Assembly (NCBI GenBank): GCA_964016885.1
Contig: OZ024742.1
Span: 81,034,001-81,098,000 of the forward strand
Direction of reading: 5' to 3'
Source of the DNA: Eledone cirrhosa
Lineage: Eukaryota
Length of the DNA: 64,000 nucleotides
The notes beneath the pieces are model-generated. The model was not told the origin of the DNA and searched no databases. It saw only the letters and a program-made list of their open reading frames with translations. Made by a program: the position numbers and the translations under genes. This document shows, in pieces, positions 38,746-50,309 of the stretch; position 1 is the stretch's first letter, and each line of letters starts with the position of its first letter.

Positions 38746-40955
38746 TTTCTATTACCGACTCTGGCTTATGCTCATACCACTTCTCAGATTGTGGTAAATT
38801 GTTTACTTTGCATAGATGCCAGTGGATCACCCTGCCTATTATATCATGTCTGCAGCTTTATATTAAGTCTGGGCTATGTGTTTACACTCGGATACAATGT
38901 GAGCCACAGTCTCCTCTCTCTTTCTCCACAGCTCCTACACAGTGAACTAGCCTCTTCCTTGTCAATATGGTGTTTCACCCACTTCGTTCTGAGGGCTTGT
39001 TCTTAAACAGCCATTAACATTCCTTCTGTAGCCTTTTTAAGGTCTCCTCATTTTTACCAGTTCCATGTCTGTGGATCTCTGAATTCCGCTTTCTTAAAGA
39101 AGGTGCTAAGAAGGGATTTTAAATGAAGGCTGCTCTTCCTCCTTGTTGTTATTCCCTCCTTGGACACCTCCTAGATCTATTGTCTTCGCCCTCTGTACAA
39201 TTTTCAGTATTCGCTGGCTACTGTCAGTCACATATTTGTGCAGCCTGTTTTTCTCCACCTGAACACAGTATTCTGCGACGATAAGACCTCTTTCACCTTC
39301 AGATCTCTTTAAGTAGAGTCTATCAACATCACTCTTCTTGTGGAACATGTAGATAGTCATTAGCTTCCTAGTCTTCCTATCCATTTCTTTTTGTTCAGCA
39401 ACATTCTATTTAAGAATTTCCGCACTGTACTTAATAATAGAAACAGCTAGGCAATTTACTGCACTTTGACATTCCTACTATTTTGATGTGATTTTAGTAT
39501 GTACCTCACTCTCCCTATGTATTCAGATCTTATCAATTCCTTAATTTCTTTGTTCTTGGTGTCATCTGCCTCCAGTTACGTATTGATAAGATGGTAATGA
39601 GGAATTTCAAGAGGAGGCATACTTGTCTGTCCATGGGTTGGATAGATTACAAAAATGCATTCCTCATTACCATCTTATCAATAAGTAACAGGTCTTTTGT
39701 ACCACGGGACTTCTTCCGGCATCCTTTCTGTTTGTCCGGTAACAAGTTGTTTATGTGGAGGTGATAGTAGATTTCCTCAGACACAAAGCTTGTTAACAGT
39801 TTCCATATTACGGACAGACATGTGATAGGCCTATAGGTAGTACCTTTTGTCAATTACTCTGGTACTTCACCCGACATCATGCAGTCATTGAACATGGTTG
39901 TCAGTTTTCGGTGGAGGGATGTTATATTTTGTATCCAATACCCTTGCACACCATCTAGGCCTGGTAATTTCCAGTTGGTTATTTTTTTGGCCAACCCTTT
40001 AAGAGTTTCAACTGTGATACTCAAATCAGGTTGTTGGTGTACTTATACACTAATCTCCTTTTGAACTGTTTTAATCCACACTGCCTGACTATTATTTTCA
40101 ACATCCTGCTCCCATATTCCTCTCCAGAATATCTTAGTCTGTGCAGCCTCATGGATCACGTCGTTGCCTCATTCCTTCCCTTCAGGCTGTTCAAACAACA
40201 TATTCTGGTTGTTGTCAAACATGTGGTTCTCTCTATACTTAGTAACTCTGTTTTCATACCGCCTGATCTTTGCAATTCTTGCTACAATGCGTTGTTCAGT
40301 TCCTCTATGATAACACTTACCCCCCCCCCCCCCGTTTTGTATTTTATTTAAAATCTATCTTTAATGTCGTTTCTCATTTCCATGATTTGACCATTCAGTC
40401 GTTTCTCCCGCCAAGGTTCTGATCTTTCGTGTTTGTTGTTTTAGCACATTTGCGGTTTCTTTCACGATATTGTTGCATTGGTGAAGGTTCCTCGCCTCAA
40501 GGTATGGGATGACCTTGTTTACCCTAGCTGTTATTTCTTTTAACTTTTTCTTAACTACAAATCTGAGGTTTGTAGGCTCTCCACCATCATTGTTAATTTC
40601 ATCTGCCACTAAGTTCAGTATATCAACCAAATCCTGTCCTAGCCCGTCAACATTCATTTCCTCAATGGCCGTATTTTTGTTCCAGTTGTTATTTATTTCA
40701 GCAGTCAGGTCATTATCTACTTCGGTTGTTTCACCTTCATTACCCACTGGCTCATTTGTCTGATATACTCCATACTCCATTTCCAACTCAATCTCTCTGC
40801 TTAGTTCCTCCAGTTCCGACTCGCTTATCCATCCATTAGTTCCTTGTACACGAGCGTGCCAGGCCAATTTTTGTTGATCTATATTAAATAGACTAATCTC
40901 GTTCTAGAATGTATGCATCCGTTTCCTATAAGCTTTTTCCATGGGGTTACTTTTC
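38746..40955 (-). mobile_element. Family A old rearranged copy (A4)
   Basis: ORF pieces 40361-40867, 39647-39853 and 39106-39384. RT core is deleted with a local inversion, and the 3' end is missing. Confidence 0.82.
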
Positions 40956-41169
40956 AGCAATCATATGCTGTTTTCATTGATTCCAAACAAACAATTAAAA
41001 GGTACATACTCATTCCTGTTAAAAATTCGATGTTTCACTTTTCTACTTCGGAACATCTTTTCCCATTTCAACCATCATATTATTTTACCACAACCTTGTC
41101 AGTTTTCTGTCAACATAAATCAGATATTCATTATTTATATAGATATTTTGGTACGCTTGTTTTATTCAT

Positions 41170-41455
41170 ATCAATATATTATTTGACGTGTAATTGATGC
41201 CATCATGATCAACACTACCACTACCATTGTAATCATCGCATTTCTCATCAAGGTCATCCTCATGATTTTCGTCAATCTCATTATTGACATCAACCATAAA
41301 CAACATTATCGTTGTCGTAATAATCCCCACCACCTCTTCCATTATCTTCATCATCACCACCACCACCTTCAAGCACATCCACGTCGTCATCACCATAATC
41401 ACTATCACCAATATGCTAGTCATCATTTCCATTTTCGCTATTATTATTATTATTA
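41170..41455 (+). repeat. Degenerate (CAT/CAC/ATT)n low-complexity tract
   Basis: Visible trinucleotide periodicity; a similar tract resumes at 52855-52960. Confidence 0.85.
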
Positions 41456-42285
41456 AAACTAAAATTCCCCCAATGACATCGGAGACTTCCGCCAAACACT
41501 TTCCAGGAGGATTTATAAAGACATCCTTCCGGCGGGCCCACAAACCGTGAGAAGGCCGGAAAAAACATCCTTCCTCCACAAGAAGTGAGGTAAGTGGTCT
41601 TTCCCATCTTTTTCCACTCCTTTTCAACGTGACCGCACTCAAAATAGGCAGCATAAATGCGCGTGGCCTGGATTCGTCATGGAAGCAGGCCCACCTGCTC
41701 AACGACCTCAGGTTACTAAACATAGATTTGCTGGCCATCGGCGAGACCAGAATCTTCGAAGCACGAACATTCACACCGATTTCCGGCGGTTAGGATGTAT
41801 ACGGATCTCCCAGCGGTTCAGATAGGGGGTGGAGTTGCTCTGGATAGGCTCTCCACAATTCAAAATAGTCCACTACACGGACAACAAATTAATTTTTTCA
41901 AATTTCATTTGAAAAGGAATATCAGGGTAGAGAGGGAAGTACCCTCTTCCCAGCATTTTGTTGAAAGATGGGTGAGAGAGGCAAGAATGGCCCGAATTAA
42001 TGGAGCTACTCTGAGTATGTGCTTGTAAATGAAAGGTGGAAAACTGGGACAGGGCACTTGCACTGGTGATCAGGGTCACCATGGCTTTTTTAATGGGTTT
42101 TCTCTACGAATGTCCCTCAGAAGTCTCCCCCCTATTGGGTAATTTTTCATTGATTATTTTTTTGTTATATCCTCTGTTTTTGTTTTATTTACACGCATAT
42201 ATTCCCATTTGTACCGTCCTGTATTGTCCTGTATTGTCCTTAATGTCTTACTTTGTGTAAACCCTTGTGGTTAATAAAGAAAGCA
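41456..42285 (+). mobile_element. Internally deleted Tx1-clade element, diverged subfamily (T3)
   Basis: LKIGSINARGLDSSWKQAHLLNDLR (APE start) is joined to INFFKFHLKR...GATLSMCL (ORF2 end). Ends CCCTTGTGGTTAATAAAGAAAGC(ATT)n. Confidence 0.8.
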
Positions 42286-42339
42286 TTATTATTAATATTA
42301 TTATTATTATTATTATTATTATTATCATTGTTATTACTG

Positions 42340-43590
42340 TTTGAGTCTCAGTCATTGATGTTAGTTAACTGGAAAGTTTATTGAAATGAATATCAAGCCA
42401 CTACCTGCAGCCTCAGATATTCAGGACGTATCGGAGGGTTATTGCTGTTCCCAGTAAGCATGCCTTTTGAACGTTCCAAAAAGCGTGAAGGGGCGAATTT
42501 TCTTTAACCATCCCTGGAAAGTTTTTGAGATAGTCCCTAGTGCGCCTATGACAATCGGGATAACTTTGACTTCATGGCAGTTCCAAATCCTTTTTAACTC
42601 CCACTTTAAGTCCTGGTATCGGTTAATTTTCTCCCTCTCCTTCTCTTGCACTCTCGTGTCGAATGGGCAGGCCACATCCACAGTCAGGCACGATCTTTTT
42701 TCTTTGTCCAAAACCACCAGGTCAGGCCTATTGTGTTCCAGTTTCTTGTCCGTCTGTATCCTAAAATCCCACAGCACCTTCACCGGATCGTTTTCTATCA
42801 CCGCCTCTGGCTTATGCTCATACCACTTCTCAGAATGTGGTAAATTGTTTACTTTGCATAGGTGCCAGTGGATCACCCTGCCCATCACATCATGTCTCCA
42901 GGCTTTATAGTGAGTCTGGGGTAGGTGTTTACACTCGGATACAATGTGATCCACAGTCTCCTCTCACTCTCCACAGATCCTGCACAGTGGGCTAGCCTCC
43001 TCCTTGTAAATGTGGTGTTTCAACCACTTCGTTTTGAGGGCCTGCTCCTGCGCAGCCATTAACATTCCTTCTGTAGCCTTTTAAAGGTCTCCTCTTTTCA
43101 ACCAGTTCCATGTCTGTGGATCTCTAAATTCAGTTCTCTCAAAGAAGGTACTATGAAGGGATTTTTCCTGAAGGCAGCTCTTTTTCCGTCATGTTATTTC
43201 CTCGTTGGACATCCCCTGGCCTATTGTCCCCTCCTTCAGTACAGTTCTGAGCATTAGCTCCTTACTATCAATCACGTATTTGTGTAGGTTGTTTTTCTCC
43301 ATCTGAACACAGTCCTCTATGCTAATAAGACCTCTTCCACCCTCAGATCTCCTTAAGTAGAGTCTATCGACATCACTCCTCTTGCGGAACATGTTGTAGA
43401 TAGTCAATAGCCTCCTAGTCTTTCTATCCATTTCTTTTTGTTCAGCAACATTCCATCTCAGAATTCCCGCACTGTACCTAATAATAGACACAGCTCGGGA
43501 ATTTACTGCACTTATGGCATTCCTACTGCTCAGATGTGACTTTAATACGCTCCTTACTCTCCGAAGGTATTCAGTTCTTATCAATTCCTT
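42340..43590 (-). mobile_element. Family A 5'-truncated copy (A5)
   Basis: ORFs 43189-43584 and 42439-42954, A 3' UTR, TAA tracts on both sides. Confidence 0.9.
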
Positions 43591-43607
43591 CTTTGTTTTT
43601 TATTATC

Positions 43608-43667
<60 letters not shown>

Positions 43668-43669
<2 letters not shown>

Positions 43670-46270
43670 AGTTGCATTTATCTTGCTTTATGTTCATACG
43701 AGTTATCACCAAGTCTCAACCAGTGACCTCAAGAGACAACAAGGTCCGCCATGTTCAAGAAAGAACATACATATTCACACATGCATCTTTAGTGTTTAGA
43801 CTTGTGATGTACTTATATTGACAGAATCTTCCTTAGTATATGGGCAGTTCCCATTAGTACTATCTTTTGTATTGCTCCTATACGCGGGTTTCCTGGGATT
43901 TGCGATAAGTAGTCATTAGACCCCTTAGGTATCATTCCCAGAGCGCCTACAGCCACTGGGATCAAGTCGTTGCCTCTTTCTTTCCCCTCAAGCTGTCCAA
44001 ACAGCATCTTCTGGTTGTTGTCGAACATGCGGTTCTGTTTATACTGACTGACTCTGTTCTCGTATCGCCTGATTGTTGCACTCTTTGCTACAATGCGTTG
44101 CCTCAGTTCCTCCATGATAATATTTAGCTTTTTCCTCCTAGTTTTGTACTTTATTTCCAGTCTATTATTGGTGCCTATGTTTTTTAGTGTCCCATTCAGT
44201 AGTGACTCAAGCTTTCCAATGTCATTTCTCATTTCCCTGATTTGACCACTCAGTCGTTTCTTCCACCAAGGCCCTGCTCTTTCTTGTCTGTTGTTTCCTC
44301 TCGCTTTTATACCAAGTAGTTTCCTCACCGTATTTGGTGTTGCTTTGAGGATATTGTTGCACTGGTGAAGGCTCCTCCCCTCAAGGTATGGGATGACTTT
44401 GTTTTCCTTAGCTGTTGTTTCTTTTAACTTTTTCCTGTCTACAAATCTTAGGTTCATAGGTCTCCCACTATCATTGTTCAATTTATCTACCACTGAATTT
44501 AGGATGTCAACCGAATCTTGTCCTAGCCCATCAGCATTCATCTCCTCAGTGGCCGTATCTCTGTTCCAGGTATTATTTATCTCAGTATTCAGATCATTGT
44601 ATTCTGCGGGTGGTTCCTCCATTCTCTCGACCTCTTCACCTTCATTTCCCACTGATTCGTTTGCCTGGCATACTCCACCCTCCATCTCCAAGCTAATCTC
44701 TCTGCTCAGTTCCTCCAGTTCCAACTCGCTTATCCACCCATTAGTTCTTATTACCCGAGCCTGCGCGGCCAATTTTTGTTCATCTAATTTAAATAGACCA
44801 ATCTCGTTCCATATGTTATGCATCCGGCTCCTATAGCCCCTCTCCTTGGGGTTACTTTTCAGGTAACATTGCATAACAGTTCTATTCAATTCTTTCGTCC
44901 AGTTGGTTCTGGTCCCTTTCCTTCTTCTTCTTCCTCCGACACCAGCAGTATTTGTTTGACAGCCAGGTTCCTGCTGCTGAGCCAGGGAGCACCTGCTGGG
45001 TGAGAGTCTGTCACATGACATTCCAGTCTCCACTTCACCGTTATTCGAACTGTTTGGGTTCGATATTTAAACACTCTTATCGAGGATTGGCGAATGTATG
45101 GTTACATAACCATCTGTGGATTCACCGTCTCCGGTGGTTGCGCCGCTGCACTTGGCTCTTGTGTGGCATTATCACCATGCTGTAGACGAACACAAATAAA
45201 CAAACAAACAAACAGGCAGAAAAAACCCCCAAAAATGAATAAGCATAAGTTTCATTGTAATGTAGTGTTCGAATGTCTGACTTAGTTTTTCCCTTCTCTT
45301 CTCTGTCCGTCCGCTTGTTTCTCTCTTCATTCTTATTTTCTTTACGTTTTGTTTTTGATTTTGTTTTTCTCTGTTTGTTTTTCTCTTTTTTTTTGCTGTT
45401 GTTGCTGTGCTGCTTTGGTTTTGATGTTTGTTTTTTCTTTTGAATCTATCTATATATTTTGATGCCTTCCTCTTTTTTAGTAGGAATTCTATAATGTGGT
45501 GGCAGCAACTAGCAGGAAGCAATTTGAGAGAATAGCGGCGGTAGCGATACTGAGACAGTGGTGGTGGTGATGTGATCGTATTACTGTAGTGATGGTGTTG
45601 TAGCGGTGGTAGCAATGAAGGAGTGGTGGCGGCGGTGACGGGATAGTGGTAGTAATGATGGCAGTGGTGGTGGTGGTGATGTGGTCGTATACTGTAGTGA
45701 TGGTGTTGTAGCGGTGGTAGCAATGAAGGAGTGGTGGCGGCGATGATGGGATAGTGGTAGTAATTGTGGATGGGCGGCGTTGTCGTTACTGGTGTCCGTT
45801 CGGTGAATCTATGGGGTTAGTCGCGTATATGTGTTGACATAAATTCCCTTAATGTTGGAATTAAACATTTTGTTAAAACTTGGGTCAATAATAATAGAAT
45901 TTATTATTATCATTATTATGTTGAGTTTGGTTGTGGTGGTGGTGAAATTGCCGTTATCTGGCTGTTGTGTTTAGTGTACACAGAGAGGTGATGGGGTAGG
46001 TGGTGTATCTAGGTTCTGGTGTTGGTGAGATTGGTGTTGTTTGGCTGTTCTATATAGTGTAGACAGATGAGGGGTGGTTCTTCTTCTTCCATTTATAGCC
46101 ATTTTCTTTTTTGAATATACAACGTACAATACAAAGTTGAATATTTGAATATTTGAGCCTTATAACAATATATTTTGGGTCCGAATTTTGTTGGGGCTCA
46201 AGCCGGATGCTTGACGTAGCATTTGTACTAAGAGTTGTTATTTCACAAATGATTTAAATATGTTAAAAAT
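43668..46270 (-). mobile_element. Chimeric element: family A 5' half + family B 3' end
   Basis: The A 5' UTR and N-terminal coding region are fused at about 43958 to the last B codons and the B 3' UTR. Confidence 0.9.
43813..45033 (-). CDS. In-frame A/B fusion ORF (406 aa): Myb-like N-terminus, no RT, no RLE core
   Basis: ...KERGNDLIP (A) | VAVGALGMIPKG...ILRKILSI (B). Open throughout; GTG start with an in-frame ATG four codons later. Confidence 0.6.
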   Translation of the reverse strand: METGMSCDRLSPSRCSLAQQQEPGCQTNTAGVGGRRRRKGTRTNWTKELNRTVMQCYLKSNPKERGYRSRMHNIWNEIGLFKLDEQKLAAQARVIRTNGWISELELEELSREISLEMEGGVCQANESVGNEGEEVERMEEPPAEYNDLNTEINNTWNRDTATEEMNADGLGQDSVDILNSVVDKLNNDSGRPMNLRFVDRKKLKETTAKENKVIPYLEGRSLHQCNNILKATPNTVRKLLGIKARGNNRQERAGPWWKKRLSGQIREMRNDIGKLESLLNGTLKNIGTNNRLEIKYKTRRKKLNIIMEELRQRIVAKSATIRRYENRVSQYKQNRMFDNNQKMLFGQLEGKERGNDLIPVAVGALGMIPKGSNDYLSQIPGNPRIGAIQKIVLMGTAHILRKILSI

Positions 46271-46288
46271 AATATTATTATTATTATT

Positions 46289-47983
46289 ACAGTTGCATTT
46301 ATCTTGCTTTATGTTCATACGAGTTATCACCAAGTCACAACCAGTGACCTCAAGAGACAACAAGGTCCGCCATGTTCAAGAAAGAACATACATACTCACA
46401 CATGCATCTTTAGTGTTTAGACTTGTGATGTACTTATATTGACAGAATCTTCCTTAGTATATGGGCAGTTCCCATTAGTACTAACTTTTGTATTTCTCCT
46501 ATACGCGGGTTTCCTGGGATTTGCGATAAGTAATCATTAGACCCCTTAGGTATCATTCCCAGAGCGCCTACAACCACTGGTATTGTTTTAGTTCTCAATT
46601 TTCACATTTTTCCAATTTCTATCTCCAGGTCCTTATACTTGCTCAATTTTTCAAATGTTTTTATAGATACATTCTTGTCTATTGGAACGGACATATCAAT
46701 TAGCAGGCATATCCTCTTTTTGAAGCCCTTCAATATTATATCAGGTCTACTTGCATCTATTTTTCGGTCTGTTTGGATGCTAAAGTTCCACAAGATTGAG
46801 ATGCGATCTTTTTCAAGTATGGCAGGTGGTTGATGCTCCCACCAATTCTTTTGATGGGGCAGGTCAAAATGCTTACACATTATCCAATGTATGTATTGTG
46901 CAGCTCTGTCATGCCTGTTTAGATATTCGGTTGGAGCTATAGGACTGCACATTGAAATTATATGGTCAATGGTCTCTGGTTGTTTTTTGCATACACGGCA
47001 TAATGGGCTGCATCCATTTTTTATTATGTTGGCTTGGTAATTTTTGGTTGGCAGACACTGATCTTGTGCTGATATAATCAGTCCTTCAGTCTCCGATTTC
47101 AGTCCAGAGGATGCCAACCACTGATCGGTTAAAGTTTTGTCAACATCAGGATTGTTAGCACGCTCTGGGTATTTTCCATACAGAGGCTTTTCTTGCCATT
47201 TCTTAGACAGTTTCTGTAGCAGTTCTTTCTTTGCAGTTACTTTTACCTGCTTTGCCTTTTCTGTGTTTTCCATTTCAGCAGAAAATGGGACTTCTGAAAT
47301 TTGTAGTCCATTACTGTATCTTTGTGCATCTTTTGTAATGGAATATGATCTTTTGATGCTTTCGTGTTTCAAAACGAGTTTGATCATCCAATCATGTGAT
47401 TCCCTTAGATATGTAGATAATCCAATTGTTGCAGTTTTCAACGCAATGTCTAACTGGATTAACCCACGTCCTCCTTCTTTCCTAGGGAGATATATTCTAT
47501 CTATATCTGCCTTAGGGTGATGCATTCTGTGCATGGTTAAGAGTTTTCGAATTTTTGTATCGAGCCTACGGATCTCTGTGCTTGACCAGTTGATGACATT
47601 GTAACTGTAGGTCACTACAGGTATGGCAAGCGTGTTTATGGCATCGATCCTACTCCTTGCATTCAATTCCGTTCTTAAGATTGCTCTTACTCTGCGGTAA
47701 CATTCCTTCCTTATCCTTTCCGTCATTGTCGAGTGCTTGATTCCGTCTCCTTCACAAACACCTAGATATTTGTAAGTTTTTTATTGATCAAGTTCTCTTA
47801 TCACGTTCCCCCGATCAAGATTAATGTCTGAACTCTTCAGCAGCTTTCCTCTGGTGAACGTTGCTTTGGCGCATTTGTCTAGTCCAAACTCCATTTTAAT
47901 GTCATCACTGAACTGCCCCACAGTGGATAATAGCCTTTGCAATTGTTCATCATTTTTTGCAAATAGTTTCAGGTCATCCATGT
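46289..47983 (-). mobile_element. Family B 5'-truncated copy (B5), truncated at the YMDD motif
   Basis: ORFs 47781-47981 and 46602-47726 plus the B 3' UTR. Sits in the TAA tail of A7. Confidence 0.92.
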
Positions 47984-48011
47984 ATTATTATTATTATTAT
48001 TGTTATTGTTA

Positions 48012-50053
48012 TTCCTTGAATCTCAGTCATTGATGTTGGTTAACTGGAAAGTCCGTTGGATTGAATATCAAGCCACTACCTGCAGCCTCAGATATTCAGG
48101 ACGTATCGGAGGGTTCTTGCTGTTCCAAGCAAGCATGCCTTTTGAAGCGTTCCAAAAAGCGTGAAGGGGCCGATTTTCTTTAACCATCCCTGGAAACCTT
48201 TGGAGATAGTCCCCAGTGCGCCTATGACAATCGGGATCACTTTGACTTCATGGCAGTTCCAAATCCTTTTCACCTCCCACTTTAGGTCCTGGTATCGGTT
48301 AATGTTCTCCCTCTCCTTCTCTTGCACTCTCGTGTCGAACGGGCAGGCCACATCCACAATCAGGCACGATCTTTTTTCTTTGTCCACAACCACCAGGTCA
48401 GGTCTATTGTGTTCCAGTTTTTTGTCCGTCTGTATCCTAAAATCCCACAGCACCTTCACCTGACTGTTCTCCATCACCGCCTCTGGCCTATGCTCATACC
48501 ATTTCTCAGAATGTGGTAGATTGTTTACTTTGCACAGGTGCCAGTGGATCACCCTGCCCATCACATCGTGTCTCCAGCCCTTATAGTGGGTCTGGGCTAG
48601 GTGTTTACACTCGGACACAATGTGAGCCACAGTCTCCTCTCTCTCTCCACAGATCCTGCACAGTGGGCTAGCCTCCTCCTTGTAGATATGGTGCTTCAAC
48701 CACTTCGTTTTGAGGGCCTGCTCCTGCGCAGCCATTAGCATTCCTTCTGTAGCCTTTTTGAGGTCTCCTCTTCTCAACCAGTTCCATGTCTGTGGATCTC
48801 TAAATTCAGTTTTCTCAAAGAAGGTACTATGAAGGGATTTTCCCTTAAGGCTGCTCTTCCTCCTTGATGTTATTTCCTCCTTGGATATCCCCTGGCCTAC
48901 TGTCCCCTCCTTCAGTACAGCTCTGAGCATTGGCTCCTTACTATAGGTCACGTATTTGTATAGGTTGTTTTTCTCCATCTGAACACAGTCCTCTATGCTG
49001 ATAAGACCTCTTCCACCCTCAGATCTCCTTAGGTAGAGTCTATCGACATCACTCCTCTTGTGGAACATGTTGTAGATAGTCAATAGCTTCCTAGTCTTCC
49101 TATCCATTTCTTTTTGTTCAGCAACATTCCATCTCAGAATTCCCGCACTGTACCTAATAATAGACACAGCTCGGGAATTTACTGCGCTTATGGCATTTCT
49201 GCTGTTCAGATGTGACTTCAATACGCTCCTTACTCTCCGAATGTATTCAGTTCTTAACAATTCCTTCATTTTTTTGTTCTTTATGCCATCAGCCTCCAGA
49301 ACGCCCAAATACTTGTATCCTTCCTCAGAGTCAATTTCCTTTATCATCTCACCTGTTGGTATCTGGATCCCGTTACTTCTGCTCAACCTACCCCTCCTCA
49401 TCACAATGACTCCACATTTACCAATACCAAACTGCATACATATATCACTGCTGAAAATACGGACAGTGTCAACAAGCACATCCAACTCCTTCTCACTTTT
49501 CCCGAAGAGCTTAAGATCGTCCATGAAGAGGAGGTGATTGATGGTAAGCTCTCCCCTTCCCAACTTGTATCCTGCTCTCACTTTTCGCAGCATAATGGTC
49601 AAGGGCATCAGGGCAAGGACAAACAACAGAGGGGACAGGCTATCTCCCTGGAAGATACCTCTCTTGATCTTCACGCTTCCCAAGGATACTCCAGTTGATG
49701 TCAACTCTGTCTCCCAGGACCCCATACTCCTGCCCAGCAACTGTCTGATGTTATCTGCCACCCTGAAGATCTCCAGGCTTTTGGTGATCCAGGAATGAGG
49801 CACCATGTCAAATGCCTTTCTGTAGTCTATCCATCCCATGGCAAGATCAGTGTGTCTCCTCCTGCAATTCCCCATTACCATCTTATCAATAAGCAACTGG
49901 TCCTTTGTACCACGTGACTTCTTTCGGCATCCTTTCTGTTCGTCCGGCAGCAAGTTGTTTGTGTGGAGGTGATGGTAGATTTCCTCAGACACAATGCTCG
50001 TCAACAGTTTCCACATTACGGTAGATTTCCTCAGACACAATGCTCGTCAACAG
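48012..50053 (-). mobile_element. Family A 5'-truncated young copy (A7)
   Basis: Nearly identical to A1 6400-8405; 34 bp duplication at the 5' junction. Confidence 0.93.
48088..50040 (-). CDS. Uninterrupted RT-RLE ORF (5'-truncated)
   Basis: 650 aa with all RT core and RLE motifs intact; only a handful of substitutions versus 5148-8330. Confidence 0.85.
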   Translation of the reverse strand: MCLRKSTVMWKLLTSIVSEEIYHHLHTNNLLPDEQKGCRKKSRGTKDQLLIDKMVMGNCRRRHTDLAMGWIDYRKAFDMVPHSWITKSLEIFRVADNIRQLLGRSMGSWETELTSTGVSLGSVKIKRGIFQGDSLSPLLFVLALMPLTIMLRKVRAGYKLGRGELTINHLLFMDDLKLFGKSEKELDVLVDTVRIFSSDICMQFGIGKCGVIVMRRGRLSRSNGIQIPTGEMIKEIDSEEGYKYLGVLEADGIKNKKMKELLRTEYIRRVRSVLKSHLNSRNAISAVNSRAVSIIRYSAGILRWNVAEQKEMDRKTRKLLTIYNMFHKRSDVDRLYLRRSEGGRGLISIEDCVQMEKNNLYKYVTYSKEPMLRAVLKEGTVGQGISKEEITSRRKSSLKGKSLHSTFFEKTEFRDPQTWNWLRRGDLKKATEGMLMAAQEQALKTKWLKHHIYKEEASPLCRICGEREETVAHIVSECKHLAQTHYKGWRHDVMGRVIHWHLCKVNNLPHSEKWYEHRPEAVMENSQVKVLWDFRIQTDKKLEHNRPDLVVVDKEKRSCLIVDVACPFDTRVQEKERENINRYQDLKWEVKRIWNCHEVKVIPIVIGALGTISKGFQGWLKKIGPFTLFGTLQKACLLGTARTLRYVLNI

Positions 50054-50054
50054 G

Positions 50055-50102
<48 letters not shown>

Positions 50103-50115
50103 TGGATCCCATCAA

Positions 50116-50300
50116 GGGCGGTGGATTGGCAGTATCGGTGGAAGGTCGGATGCCATGCTTTCCAGCTTAGTTACGTCCTTTTACGATCTGAGTTCAAATC
50201 CCACCGAGGTTGACTTTGCCTTTCATCCTTACGGGGTCGATAAAATAACGTACCATTAATGCACTGGGTAATTGCTGGCCTTGTGCCTAAAGTAGAAACA
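50116..50300 (+). mobile_element. tRNA-derived SINE at the 5' junction of T2
   Basis: Probable TSD ATTATTATTTGGAT at 50094-50107 and 50301-50314. Confidence 0.9.
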
Positions 50301-50309
50301 ATTATTATT

